DNA of 64,000 bases from an uncultured Acidobacteriaceae bacterium (GCA_963702325.1 CAVPCG010000025.1:36124-100123); one strand, 5' to 3'; counted from the first letter of the stretch, positions 37,862 to 47,588 are shown. Notes: generated by a model from the sequence alone, not told the origin. A program made the numbers and translations.

Positions 37862-38390
37862 CAAACCGAGGGAGATTTTGACTCTTGATCTTCGTCCCCA
37901 CAACCAAACAGTGGGGTGGCCCATTCTTCGCCGCTTTTGCGAAGAGTGGGAGACGACGATCTCCATTCGCCGCTCTTGATCTCCGCAGCCAAACCGAGGG
38001 TGCCCCGTCCTTCTCGCGTTCTTTGCGAGAGGGCCTGGGTTTTGACTCTTGATCTTCGTCCCATAACCAAAACCGAGGGTGGGGTGGCCCATTCTTCGCC
38101 GCTTTTGCGAAGAGTGGGAGACGACGATCTCCATTCGCCGCTCTTGATCTCCGCAGCCAAACCGAGGTGCCCCGTCCTTCTCGCGTTCTTTGCGAGAGGG
38201 CCGGGGTTTTGACTCTTGATCTTCGTCCCATAACCAAAACCGAGGGTGCCCCATTCTTCGCCGCTTTTGCGAAGAGTGGGAGGGAGGATCTCCGATCCGC
38301 GGCTCTTGATCTCCGTCCCCACAATCAAACCGAGGGTGCCCCATCCTTCGCATCTTTTTTGCGAAGAGCGGTAGCGAGGAGGATTGCCCC
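37862..38390 (+). repeat. tandem array of six REP-like family A hairpin units (about 83-bp spacing; first four form two ~165-bp super-repeats)
   Basis: Hairpin cores start at about 37915, 37998, 38083, 38166, 38245 and 38334, with consensus GGGTGCCCCAYYCTTCKCSNNYTTTGCGARAGRGTGGGAG. The inter-core segments are themselves duplicated. Track ORFs 37705..38568, 37833..38324 and 37859..38353 are translations of the repeats. Confidence 0.85.
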
Positions 38391-38692
38391 TACTCCGGAA
38401 TCCCCACAAACAGCGCCCGCCTCCGAGGCAGTTCCTCATCGCTAACTTCCGCGATGAACTCCACATCCAGCCCGAGCCGCATACATTCCTGCCGTGCCGC
38501 GTCATTAAAGAAATACACCACATCCCCACCAAACCGGTCCTTCGCCCGCTTCCGTTCATCCAGATCAAACGGACTCGCCGAATATACCTTTATCTCTTTC
38601 GATTCCCGCAGCACGGCGCTCAACTCCCGCTGAAAGCCAAGTCCACCTCGCCTGACCTGAGCCATCGTCAAAGCCACCACGTGATACGCCAT
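38390..38692 (-). CDS. hypothetical protein (about 100 aa) embedded between REP units
   Basis: MAYHVVALTMAQVRRGGLGFQRELSAVLRESKEIKVYSASPFDLDERKRAKDRFGGDVVYFFNDAARQECMRLGLDVEFIAEVSDEELP. Non-repetitive and coding-like. The N-terminal 56 aa of track ORF 38390..38860 are repeat-derived and excluded. No family recognised. Confidence 0.4.
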   Translation of the reverse strand: MAYHVVALTMAQVRRGGLGFQRELSAVLRESKEIKVYSASPFDLDERKRAKDRFGGDVVYFFNDAARQECMRLGLDVEFIAEVSDEELPRRRALFVGIPE

Positions 38693-38739
38693 AAATGCGG
38701 CCGCCCATTTCACCGAATTCAAGAATACCTCACAATCCT

Positions 38740-38870
38740 CCGCCTTTGATCTTCGCCCGTCCCAACCAAAAGGAAGGGTGCCCCATTCTTCGCGCCCTTT
38801 GCGAAGAGTGGGAGCGAGAGTCCCAATCCCGCCGCTCTCGCTCTTCCCCGCATCAATCAAAATAGATCAA
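38740..38870 (+). repeat. REP-like family A unit
   Basis: GGAAGGGTGCCCCATTCTTCGCGCCCTTTGCGAAGAGTGGGAGCGAGAGTCCCAATCCCGCCGCTCTCGCTCTTCCCC. Confidence 0.65.
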
Positions 38871-38975
38871 CCAAAACACCTCCGAACTTTAGTAACCAGC
38901 ACAACAGGCCATTGGTACGTGGTCCCCGATGTGAAACCTTTGTTCATGGCATCAAGTATTTAGAAAAGAGGGTTC

Positions 38976-39557
38976 ATGAAAATTCGATCCGTGACATTTT
39001 CGATATTACTATCCGCAGCCATGGTCTCACCCTCGCTTTTGAGGGCGGACAATATTACATACAACATTGATCAGACGGTTGGCGCTGGGAGCGTTACGGG
39101 CACCATAACAACCGACGGAACGATTGGAGTACTCAACACTGGGGGCGTAATTGACGGACCGGTCGGGTTTGCTGGGAACATAGTCGCCGTGAATTTGGTA
39201 TTGAGTGACGGTACGAACACCGAGCCGCTTTCCGGCGGTATCTTTAGCAGTGTTGGAAGCGATCTAATTGCCTCGGCTACTGATTTGACCTTCGATTTCG
39301 GGGCGCCCGATGCTGGTGGTTTCGCTCTCTACAGCGGATACGCATTCTACGATCAACTTTGTTACTCGGCTGCCTGTGGTGGAATTTCGATCTACAACGT
39401 TGACTTGGATGGACAAACGGTTGCCACAAGCGAAACAGGAACTCAAGTCATCGGCACTGTGCCGGACGCATCGGGCTTATCCCTCGCAGGAATTACCGCG
39501 ATTGGTATCCTCGGAGCATTCAGGAAGAAGTTCATGATTTCCCCCCAAAGCTGTTAG
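38976..39557 (+). CDS. PEP-CTERM sorting-domain secreted protein
   Basis: Signal peptide MKIRSVTFSILLSAAMVSPSLLRA. C-terminus VPDASGLSLAGITAIGILGAFRKKF is a PEP-like motif plus TM helix plus basic cluster. Confidence 0.65.
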   Translation: MKIRSVTFSILLSAAMVSPSLLRADNITYNIDQTVGAGSVTGTITTDGTIGVLNTGGVIDGPVGFAGNIVAVNLVLSDGTNTEPLSGGIFSSVGSDLIASATDLTFDFGAPDAGGFALYSGYAFYDQLCYSAACGGISIYNVDLDGQTVATSETGTQVIGTVPDASGLSLAGITAIGILGAFRKKFMISPQSC

Positions 39558-39614
39558 GCCGGCTGGCGCCCAAGTATACGTTTTTGTAAAGGTGGGATTT
39601 ATGTGCCTGGCAGT

Positions 39615-39780
39615 CACAGGCTGCCCCATTCTTCGCCGCTTTTGCGAAGAGTGGGAGGGAGGATCCCAATCCCGCCTCTCTTGATCTTTCCCGGCATCAA
39701 CCAAAACACACCAACCAATACAACGGGTGGCCCATACTTCGCGCCTTTTGCGAAGTGTGGGAGCGATAAAGCCAACACGA
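39615..39780 (+). repeat. two REP-like family A units
   Basis: GGCTGCCCCATTCTTCGCCGCTTTTGCGAAGAGTGGGAGG (39619-) and GGGTGGCCCATACTTCGCGCCTTTTGCGAAGTGTGGGAG (39725-). Confidence 0.65.
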
Positions 39781-39822
39781 TTGCGACCTAGGTTTTCCCA
39801 GGACACTCCCCAAAAACTCAAA

Positions 39823-39866
39823 CCGCCGGACTCTGACAGTTTCTTCAGAGGCCGGCGGCGTTTTAT
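39823..39866. terminator. bidirectional intrinsic terminator between the convergent PEP-CTERM gene and pilQ
   Basis: CCGCCGGACTCTGA-cagtttct-TCAGAGGCCGGCGG (14-bp stem, 1 mismatch), flanked by a T-run on the plus strand (CGTTTTAT) and by TTTGAGTTTTT on the minus strand. Confidence 0.6.
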
Positions 39867-39881
39867 CTCGACTTAAATTTT

Positions 39882-41990
39882 TTAAGTTTCGATAATCCGT
39901 GGAGTAATGAAGAAGATCAGCTCCTGGTTTGAAGTGCTGACCGTCGTGTGTTTGAAAAGGTTTCCGATGTACGGAATGCTTCCGAGCAATGGTACCTGGT
40001 CCACGCTGATGGAGTTATTGGTTTGAATAACGCCGCCGACAACGACCGTGCCGCCATCTGTAACCAGCACTTGCGTGGTGGCCTGCTGCGTGATCAACGT
40101 TGGGTTGCCCTGCACTTCGTGTCCAAAATCTGGCGTGGTGTTTTCCACGTCAACGTTCAGGAAGATTGTGTTTTCAGACGTGATCTGCGGAACGACCGTC
40201 AGCCGCAGGAAAGCGTCTACGTAAGTAACGGTTGGCGGTCCGCCCAACTGCGCCTGGGTCACAATTGGAACCCGGACGCCCTGGCGCACCAGAGCTTGAA
40301 TATTGTTTTGGGTGACGACGCGCGGCCGAGAAAGAATCTTCAGCAAGCCACGTGATTCAGCCATCGTCAGAAGAGCATCCAGCTGAACGTGATTGCTTAC
40401 GTTGACAAAGCTAAGACCGCTGGTCGGACTGGTAACGCCCAGATTGGAGAACAATGGAATCTGAGTTCCGCCACTGCTCCCACTGCCGGTTCCGACCGTC
40501 TGATAAAACGGGCTGATTCCGTTCACAGTGATTGGCGAAGTTCCCACTGCTCCAACGCCGCCCACTGCATTCGCTCCGTTGCCCCATCCGAATCCGAGTT
40601 GGGTTCCGATGTCACGCGCGAAGCTGCGGGTTGCAGCGACGACGCGGGCTTCAATTTCTACTTCCTGAGTCTTGCGGTCGAGCTGCGTGAGCAAGCGGTC
40701 AATTCCCGGCATCACCGAAGGAATATCCGAGATGATGACGGCATTCGTTCGGTCATCAGAGATAACGTCACCACGCTGGCTTAGGAATTTCTTCAACGTA
40801 GGTACGACATCTTTTGAATGTGCGTAGCTCAGGAATCTCGTGACCGTAACTTTATCCACGGCCAGCGCTTCTGATTCCTGTTCTTCACGCCGTCCATCCG
40901 CTTCTTTCTTCAGCGTGTCCACGGTCGCGATTCTCAAAACATTCCCATCCAACTGCCGCGACAAATCATTATTCTTCAAAACAATATCCAACGCCTGATC
41001 CCATGGAACATCGTCTAGGACGATTGTTAGTGTGCCGTGGACGTTGGGATCGAGGACTACGTTGAGTCCGCTGATTTCGTGGATGAGGCGGAAGAAATCT
41101 TTCAGGTCTACATCTTTTAGATTTACGGAGATTGGTTCGCCGGTGTATTTGGGTCCCATGACCGGAGCTTGTTGCTGCAATTGTGCTTTTTGTTCCGCGG
41201 CGAGATTATTTGCGGCGGGCGCTTGAGCGCTCGGCGTTCCGGACTGCATTGAGGCGCTGGGTTTGGGCAACAAGTCCATATCCGGGCGCTCGACAAATTT
41301 GGCGGCGGCTTGAATTGCGCGCGCGGGTTGGCTGGTCACTGCCGGGAATGAATCTTCGGTTGCCGGCTTTGGTTTGTACGAAGGTTCAACCACAACAAAG
41401 TTGCTGGCGGATGTTGCCGGCGCCGCATCTTTTTGTGGCGCGGACGAGATCGAAGAGGGCAGCTGCGGAACACTTGTCTCTTTCGTTGATGCGGAGACTG
41501 TGCTCACCGGCAGTGGCTCAGCAGTTACCACCACGGGTACAGCCTTTGCAGGTGGGACCGCCTTGGCGACAGCGATCGCGGAATGCAGCTTCAGAGTGAA
41601 CGTGCCGTCGGCACCGGGAACGATTTCGTACCGGCACTTCTGCGACAGATCAACCACAACGCGAGTGGTGGGTGTCGCCAGATTGTCGGTGCCGATGCGC
41701 ACGCCTTTCACGCCGTTGGAGCCCACGTCAATGCGGCTCACGGACGTGCCCATAGCAGTGTTCGGCAGGTCAATGACAAGCCTCGAGGGCGCGCTGAGAG
41801 TTTCAACCTTGGGGGTCAATTGCCCGCGGGCTATGACTTCCAGGGTGATTCCATCATTACCGCGCACAACGTTGACCTTCTGCAACGAGGCATGAGCAGT
41901 GTCATTCATGCCCGCGCTCTGAGTTTCGGCCGTTGCCATAAGAACCATTGCCAGCAACGGTAGAAAAATACCCAGCATTTGCTTTCGCAT
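39882..41990 (-). CDS. pilQ: type IV pilus secretin PilQ (AMIN domain + secretin)
   Basis: 702 aa. N-terminal AMIN-like region (VNVVRGNDGITLEVIARGQL...RLVIDLPN), a Pro/Ala/Ser linker and a secretin C-terminal domain (…GGTVVVGGVIQ…VPLLGSIPYIGNLFK…ELIFFITPRII). Confidence 0.9.
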   Translation of the reverse strand: MRKQMLGIFLPLLAMVLMATAETQSAGMNDTAHASLQKVNVVRGNDGITLEVIARGQLTPKVETLSAPSRLVIDLPNTAMGTSVSRIDVGSNGVKGVRIGTDNLATPTTRVVVDLSQKCRYEIVPGADGTFTLKLHSAIAVAKAVPPAKAVPVVVTAEPLPVSTVSASTKETSVPQLPSSISSAPQKDAAPATSASNFVVVEPSYKPKPATEDSFPAVTSQPARAIQAAAKFVERPDMDLLPKPSASMQSGTPSAQAPAANNLAAEQKAQLQQQAPVMGPKYTGEPISVNLKDVDLKDFFRLIHEISGLNVVLDPNVHGTLTIVLDDVPWDQALDIVLKNNDLSRQLDGNVLRIATVDTLKKEADGRREEQESEALAVDKVTVTRFLSYAHSKDVVPTLKKFLSQRGDVISDDRTNAVIISDIPSVMPGIDRLLTQLDRKTQEVEIEARVVAATRSFARDIGTQLGFGWGNGANAVGGVGAVGTSPITVNGISPFYQTVGTGSGSSGGTQIPLFSNLGVTSPTSGLSFVNVSNHVQLDALLTMAESRGLLKILSRPRVVTQNNIQALVRQGVRVPIVTQAQLGGPPTVTYVDAFLRLTVVPQITSENTIFLNVDVENTTPDFGHEVQGNPTLITQQATTQVLVTDGGTVVVGGVIQTNNSISVDQVPLLGSIPYIGNLFKHTTVSTSNQELIFFITPRIIET

Positions 41991-42080
41991 TTCGCTTCTC
42001 CCTACGGGTTACGCTCTACGATTCCCGTGACTTTCTGAACAGATTTTTAGTTCGCCGGATGACCGGCTTGTTGCCAGGGC

Positions 42081-42701
42081 CTAAACTGCCGGCGTGAAAA
42101 TTTTCTTTGTAACTTCGCGCGTGAACGGTTTTCCAAATTTGTCCTGCACGCTTTCTTTGAAAATGACCGAGTCGCCGGTGATCTTGACAACATACCCGTT
42201 GAACACCGGATCGTTCTCGTGGAGGAAATAAGCTTTGTCGAGGGCATTGACAACAACCGCGATCATGCCGTCGTCGGACTTCACGACGCCGCGAAGATTA
42301 ATTTGATCAATAGCGAGGCAGCGTTTGCCGGTGCTGCATCCTGAGCCCGACATGGAGCGGCTTACGACCGGGCTGACAAAAGGATCTCTGCGCCCGGTTA
42401 TGTTCATGGCAGGCGCTCCCTCAGATTTTGTACTGTCTGGCGCCGTTGCCGCGTTTTCGACATCCACCACGGGTGCAGGCCGGTGAGCTTTCGCGGATTT
42501 ACGCGCGGCAGGCTTCGCCGAACTGTACGGTGATTTCGCAGCTTTCTCCGCGGTGATACCCAGGGCGGCGTTCGAATCAGCAACCCGCTGCGCCTGAACG
42601 GTATCCAGTTTGCTCTTCGTGTTGGTGATGATGTTGGGATTCTGTCCGTAAACAGTTCCCGCCGTCATTCCTACTAGCAGAATTGCGCCTATCAGCTTCA
42701 T
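42081..42701 (-). CDS. pilP: pilus assembly lipoprotein-like PilP
   Basis: Its position is between pilO and pilQ. RRDPFVSPV motif. C-terminal beta-domain LRGVVKSDDGMIAVVVN...YFLHENDPVFNGYVVKITGDSVIF. Confidence 0.7.
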   Translation of the reverse strand: MKLIGAILLVGMTAGTVYGQNPNIITNTKSKLDTVQAQRVADSNAALGITAEKAAKSPYSSAKPAARKSAKAHRPAPVVDVENAATAPDSTKSEGAPAMNITGRRDPFVSPVVSRSMSGSGCSTGKRCLAIDQINLRGVVKSDDGMIAVVVNALDKAYFLHENDPVFNGYVVKITGDSVIFKESVQDKFGKPFTREVTKKIFTPAV

Positions 42702-42711
42702 CAGGATTCCC

Positions 42712-43332
42712 CTACTTTTTGGCCAGCGTAGCTACTGGCGCTGGCGCGTCATTACTGAAGAACGTGGTTGCGGTGCATGTAGCCACAATGCTCTCGCTCG
42801 CGGCATATTGATATGTGTGTTTTGCCTTTGCCTCGCTGGGCTTCTTGGTGGTGGCAACCAGCAGATTGGAGATGTTTACGATGCGCTCCAATTTACTGAC
42901 TCGATCGAAGAAATTCAGGACCGAGTAATAAGGCCCGTCGAGTTCAATCTCAAAGGGCAGTTCGGAATAAAACTCTTTAGACGAGACGGGGTCTGCGGTA
43001 TATCGCCGCACTTCAATTCCGGCCTTGAGAGCCTCGGAATCGAGCATCTTCATGAAGTTGTCAACTTCTTTCTCATCGGGAACGATTCGGCGTTCAATTT
43101 CGAGTTGCTGCTTCAGGCTGGCCACTTGACGTTCGATTTCGGCAAGCTTTGGCCGATAGGCTTCCAACTCCGCATTTTCCCGAAGTTTGGATTGCAGGTT
43201 CTGCTGCGCCGAATCATTTGCAGCACGTTGAGTTTTAAAAACCGTGAAGTAGAGAGCGAGCGTTACGAGCGCTGCTCCGACGAGCAAGGCCGCCCACTGT
43301 TTGAGACCCGATAATTCGCTAAAATTCCCCAT
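42712..43332 (-). CDS. pilO: type IV pilus assembly protein PilO
   Basis: A single TM helix, a coiled coil, and PFEIELDGPYYSVLNFFDRVSKLERIVNISNL, typical of PilO. Confidence 0.8.
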   Translation of the reverse strand: MGNFSELSGLKQWAALLVGAALVTLALYFTVFKTQRAANDSAQQNLQSKLRENAELEAYRPKLAEIERQVASLKQQLEIERRIVPDEKEVDNFMKMLDSEALKAGIEVRRYTADPVSSKEFYSELPFEIELDGPYYSVLNFFDRVSKLERIVNISNLLVATTKKPSEAKAKHTYQYAASESIVATCTATTFFSNDAPAPVATLAKK

Positions 43333-43343
43333 TTTCTCCGCCT

Positions 43344-43931
43344 TTAGGCTTTCAACTTTTCGCAGGTCAAAGTAAATTGGAATGCCTGCATATCTTTAAG
43401 CGAGTCGTCCTGATACGTTTCCTTAATCTCGATGGTCTTGAAATAACCGGTCTTTTGCAGATTCTGAATCAGGTTCGCAACCGCGTCGGTGCTCAGAGCC
43501 ATACCCTCTATAGCCACACTGCCGCCCTGATCTTTCATGGTGCTCAACCAGACCGCTTCGGTGCCGTTGACGGTTTCTCCAACGGTATTCAAGAGATTCA
43601 CGGGTCCCATCTGGCCGGCGCGCAATTGATCAATCACATCTACGCGACGTTTGTAGCTGTCGGCCTGGCGCTGCCGCTCCAGATATTTAGCTTTCACGTC
43701 CGCCAGTTCACGGTTCTTCTGTTCAGCGGAGGCCATCTCAGCGGTAATCTTCTTGCTTTGCTGATCCAGGCTGTACCAATAGGCAAAGTTGAGCCCAGCC
43801 ACGAGAGCCAGAATGATCAGCAGTTTGAGTTTTGGGGAACCAGCGTCCCCCATCTCCATGACTGCCGCGGTAGAGGCTGCGCCGCGCTTGTTTCTCGGTT
43901 TCGATGCTCCCAGCAGATTGATTCGGATCAT
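43344..43931 (-). CDS. pilN: type IV pilus assembly protein PilN
   Basis: MIRINLL start motif, a TM helix and a coiled coil. 4-nt overlap with pilM. Confidence 0.85.
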   Translation of the reverse strand: MIRINLLGASKPRNKRGAASTAAVMEMGDAGSPKLKLLIILALVAGLNFAYWYSLDQQSKKITAEMASAEQKNRELADVKAKYLERQRQADSYKRRVDVIDQLRAGQMGPVNLLNTVGETVNGTEAVWLSTMKDQGGSVAIEGMALSTDAVANLIQNLQKTGYFKTIEIKETYQDDSLKDMQAFQFTLTCEKLKA

Positions 43932-44983
43932 AAGTCTTCAAAGCTCCTTAATGCCAAACCGACGGCAACCGCCAACTGGCCTGCATTCTGCTCGATCAGC
44001 CCTACGCCCGGCCCATCTATGGGAGGGGCGATCTTTTGAAACGGATTGAAGATCTCGACCGGCAGCGAAAACTCCTGACGCAAAGCCTCAACCAGACCGG
44101 GAACCTTCGACGATCCTCCCGCCAAATAAATCTTCTCGATGTGTTCACCGGAAGAACTGGCGCGGAAAAAATCGAACGTCTTTTGAATTTCCAGGACGAT
44201 GATTTCGGTAACCTGCTGTAGCACCGGAGTCTTGGCGTCCTCGCTGACCGTACCTACTTTGTGCCCGAGCTTCAGTGACTCGGCGTCTTCGAAGCTCAGG
44301 TCCAGTTCTTTCTGCAACGAATCGGTGTACTGATGTCCGCCTACGCTGACATCACGCGGGAAGAGCGGCGTGGTGCCTTTTACGATGTTGATGTTCATCA
44401 CGCTCGCACCCAGGTTCAACAATGCGACCACCTGACCCGGCGCGGGGTCGTAGTTGTATTCGTAGCAATTTTGAAGCGCCAACGCATCAATATCCACGAT
44501 AGCGGGACTTCGGCCGGACATCGAGAGTACGTTGGTGTAATTGAGAATCTTGTCCTTTTTGACTGCAACGAGGAGAACGTCCATCTGCGGATTACCGACG
44601 TCTTCGGAAAGAATCTGGTAATCGAGGTTCACGTCGGCGAGGTCAAAAGGAATGTGCTGTGCGGCTTCCTTCTGAATGGTCTCGGCCAATTCCTGGTCGC
44701 TCATGGAAGGGAGCGAAATCTTTTTGACGATGACGGAGTGACCGCTGACAGCGGTCGCGACATTTTTGGTTTTGATCTGGTTGTCAGCAAAGAGTTTTGA
44801 AATCGCGCTGGAAACGGTACCGGAGTCCACGATCATGGAATCCACGACGATATCCGGGGCCAGCGGCTCTAATCCCAAATGGACTACTTCGATTCCGTTG
44901 CGTCCCTTTTTGAGTTCCACTGCCTTGATGCTGGAAGATCCCACATCCAGGCCAACAATCGTTTTTGTTCCTAATCCAAACAT
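43928..44983 (-). CDS. pilM: type IV pilus assembly ATPase-fold protein PilM
   Basis: Actin-like fold start IVGLDVGSSSIKAVELKK. 351 aa. Sits at the head of pilMNOPQ. Confidence 0.9.
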   Translation of the reverse strand: MFGLGTKTIVGLDVGSSSIKAVELKKGRNGIEVVHLGLEPLAPDIVVDSMIVDSGTVSSAISKLFADNQIKTKNVATAVSGHSVIVKKISLPSMSDQELAETIQKEAAQHIPFDLADVNLDYQILSEDVGNPQMDVLLVAVKKDKILNYTNVLSMSGRSPAIVDIDALALQNCYEYNYDPAPGQVVALLNLGASVMNINIVKGTTPLFPRDVSVGGHQYTDSLQKELDLSFEDAESLKLGHKVGTVSEDAKTPVLQQVTEIIVLEIQKTFDFFRASSSGEHIEKIYLAGGSSKVPGLVEALRQEFSLPVEIFNPFQKIAPPIDGPGVGLIEQNAGQLAVAVGLALRSFEDL

Positions 44984-44993
44984 GTGTCCGCCT

Positions 44994-45239
44994 TTACGAT
45001 TGCCCAGCAGCTTTGGAAGCCGCCTTCGGTTTGTTCTTGCTCTTCACTTCCATGTGGCTCGACTTTTCTTCCATCCACTGATCCAGCCTTGATTTCTTAA
45101 AGCGCCAGCGGTTGCCCAACTTGAAAGCAGGAATCTTTTGCTCACCTACGTACTTGTAAAGCGTGTCAGGACTCACTCCCAGGTACTGGGACGCCTGGCG
45201 AATGTTCATCACTTCACGCGAGTCGGCCATAAATTTCAA
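44994..45239 (-). CDS. small excisionase/MerR-type helix-turn-helix DNA-binding protein
   Basis: MNIRQASQYLGVSPDTLYKYVGEQKIPAFKLGNRWRFKKSRLDQWM (HTH_17-like) followed by a Lys-rich tail. It ends 10 nt before pilM on the same strand. Confidence 0.7.
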   Translation of the reverse strand: MKFMADSREVMNIRQASQYLGVSPDTLYKYVGEQKIPAFKLGNRWRFKKSRLDQWMEEKSSHMEVKSKNKPKAASKAAGQS

Positions 45240-45589
45240 AATCCCTCGTTACGCGATCACACCCGCTACAACCGGGCAGGATTGGGAAGAAATTCCTCGA
45301 ATCGAGCTGCTCAAGAAATGCGGTTCGAGTGAATCAAGTGGACTGAGCATATATCAGCCCCCATTTGCAGCAGGTCAAAGTGAATATCCGCGTTTTATTG
45401 GGTTTTATGGGGGTTTTCTGGAAAGTAACCAAACTGGCTTTTGAGAGAAAGTCTAGATATTGTGGTTAGAGTTTCGGCGCACACAATTAGAAGGGTTATA
45501 TGGCTGCCAGATTCGTGGCTGGGACGGGACACATAACTAAAGTACTAGGGAGAGTACCAAGGTCTGTGTACGAGCGCGAGGAGGCTGGG

Positions 45590-45850
45590 CTAAGGGGAAG
45601 CGAAGCTGATGGGTTTTAAGGGGTTGCGGGAAAATGAGACTCCAGCAGCGGGTTCTGCAAGGCGATATTGATGCCCGAGCCGGAGTGGTCGGCCGTCTCC
45701 TGGTATCCACTTCAGCGCTGGAGAACATCTTACCCTCCCGCAAAGAACGCGAGAAGGATGGGCCCCCGGTTCCGGCTGGACACGGGGGCGGCTGTCCCTA
45801 CGTGATTCCGGCCCGGATTCGGGATCTAGTCGCGCTTTGTGAAGATGGAA
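45590..45850. repeat. mosaic repeat region including an inverted family A core (45733..45777)
   Basis: CCCTCCCGCAAAGAACGCGAGAAGGATGGGCCCCC is the reverse complement of the family A core, flanked by other short palindromes. ORFs 45590..45907 and 45634..45894 are judged repeat translations. Confidence 0.5.
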
Positions 45851-45984
45851 TCCATAAGCAATTTCAATTGGACAGTCCCGTATCTTGCGCCTAAAGTTTG
45901 TGAGCATCTAATACCCGGCAGGTTTCGACCAGGGTAGAGGAAACGGGCTGGAGAGTTGTTTTTCCCGGCCCGAGGAACACGGCG

Positions 45985-47493
45985 ATGAACGCATCCGCGA
46001 TGACGTTATTAAAAAAACTTTCGTCGAGTGCGAACGTTGGGAATGCATTCCCTAACTATGAATTGGATGAGTCTTACGACGAGATGTTCAGCAGCACGGG
46101 CGTTCCTCGCGAGCACTACCATGCCCTTTACCGGACGCTGCTGGAATTGCCACCTGAAGAACTGAAGAAAAGCCAACAGGCGGCCGACTTATCCTTTCTT
46201 CATCAAGGCATAACGTTCACCGTGTATGACAACAACGAGGGAACGGAGCGGATATTTCCCAATGATCTTCTTCCCCGCATTATTCCTGGCGAGGAATGGC
46301 AAAAGATCGAAGAAGGCCTGACCCAGCGAATCGCGGCGCTCAATCTTTTTCTCAAGGACATTTATCACGACGGCCATATCCTGGCCGACAAAATTATTCC
46401 GCGTGAACTGATTTACAGTTGCCGGCACTTCCGCCGAGAAATGCGTGGCTTGAATGTGCCGCGCGACATTTATGTGAGCATCTGCGGAAGTGATCTGGTG
46501 CGCCTGCCGGATGGCAGTTTCGCGGTGTTGGAAGACAATTTGCGAGTGCCCAGCGGTGTGTCTTACATGCTGGCAAACCGGAAGGTGCTGAAGCGCGTAT
46601 TTCCGACTTTGTTTCGCGACTATGGCGTTTGCCCTATTGACCATTACACGTCGGCCCTGCTCGCGACTCTTCGCAGCCTGGCTCCGGTTAATGCGGCGGG
46701 AAGGAACGAACCATCCACTGCACTGCTCACTCCGGGAGTCTTTAATTCAGCCTATTTTGAGCATACGTTTCTGGCCCAACAGATGGGGATTGAGCTGGTG
46801 GAAGGGCGCGATCTGCTGGTGCACGACAACATCGTTTACATGCGTACGACCTCAGGGTTGCGGCGAGTGGACGTCATTTACCGCCGCGTGGATGACGATT
46901 TTCTGGATCCGCTGACGTTTCGTCCTGACTCCAATCTTGGTGTTCCGGGCCTGTTCAATGCATATCGCGCGGGGAATGTTGCGCTAGCCAATGCGATTGG
47001 CACGGGAGTCGCAGATGACAAGGCGGTCTATGCGTACGTACCGAGCATCATTAAATATTATTTGGGAGAAGATGAGATTCTTCCAAATATTAAAACCTAT
47101 CTTTTGACTGAAAAATCAGAACTCAATTATGTGCTGGAGAACATGGACAAGCTGGTGATTAAGGCCGTCGGCGAATCGGGAGGATACGGCATGCTGATCG
47201 GCCCGCACAGCACCGCGGCGCAGCGTGAGGAGTTTCGACAGCGGATCATCGCGCAACCGAGGAATTACATTGCGCAACCTACGCTGGCACTATCGAGCGC
47301 GCCGTGTTTTCTGGACGGTGGAGTGGAGGCGCGGCACGTGGATTTGAGGCCTTACATATTGTTTAACGGCAGTGTTGCGCTGGTTCCTGGGGGGCTGACG
47401 CGAGTCGCGTTGCGGCGGGGTTCGCTGGTGGTGAATTCGTCCCAGGGCGGCGGGAGTAAAGATACTTGGGTGTTGCGGAAGGAGGAGGACTGA
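45985..47493 (+). CDS. circularly permuted ATP-grasp type 2 protein
   Basis: 502 aa. Sequence typical of the CP_ATPgrasp_2 family (…[23 protein letters not shown]…[19 protein letters not shown]…[17 protein letters not shown]…). It is followed by the alpha-E and transglutaminase genes, the canonical triad. Confidence 0.8.
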   Translation: MNASAMTLLKKLSSSANVGNAFPNYELDESYDEMFSSTGVPREHYHALYRTLLELPPEELKKSQQAADLSFLHQGITFTVYDNNEGTERIFPNDLLPRIIPGEEWQKIEEGLTQRIAALNLFLKDIYHDGHILADKIIPRELIYSCRHFRREMRGLNVPRDIYVSICGSDLVRLPDGSFAVLEDNLRVPSGVSYMLANRKVLKRVFPTLFRDYGVCPIDHYTSALLATLRSLAPVNAAGRNEPSTALLTPGVFNSAYFEHTFLAQQMGIELVEGRDLLVHDNIVYMRTTSGLRRVDVIYRRVDDDFLDPLTFRPDSNLGVPGLFNAYRAGNVALANAIGTGVADDKAVYAYVPSIIKYYLGEDEILPNIKTYLLTEKSELNYVLENMDKLVIKAVGESGGYGMLIGPHSTAAQREEFRQRIIAQPRNYIAQPTLALSSAPCFLDGGVEARHVDLRPYILFNGSVALVPGGLTRVALRRGSLVVNSSQGGGSKDTWVLRKEED

Positions 47494-47549
47494 TGCAATC
47501 GCGGGCGAGGGCGCCGTCCGACTGATTGTCACTAAGTTTGGGGCGCGGG

Positions 47550-47588
47550 CACTACGCGCGAGATCCTTCGCAAGCTCAGGATGACGTC
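47550..47588 (-). repeat. hairpin repeat family D (inverse copy)
   Basis: The reverse complement GACGTCATCCTGAGCTTGCGAAGGATCTCGCGCGTAGTG matches the ends of 10782..10835. It lies between the ATP-grasp and alpha-E genes. Confidence 0.5.

Noticed and set aside
37862-38390. Possible CRISPR array (regular ~38-nt repeats about 83 bp apart)
   Set aside because: The 'spacers' are themselves duplicated almost exactly (37953..37997 matches 38121..38165). The repeats are imperfect and strongly palindromic, the same unit is dispersed singly across the window, and no cas genes are present.
37705-38568. Long minus-strand ORFs (287, 163 and 164 aa) across the repeat array
   Set aside because: Their sequences are periodic translations of the hairpin units (…GHPRFGCGDQE…, …KNGAPSV…). 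They overlap each other in different frames and have no non-repeat core.
38390-38860. REP-associated tyrosine transposase (RAYT) hypothesis for the gene embedded between repeat units
   Set aside because: The non-repeat part has no HUH motif or catalytic Tyr context, and the flanking repeat units are in direct rather than inverted orientation.
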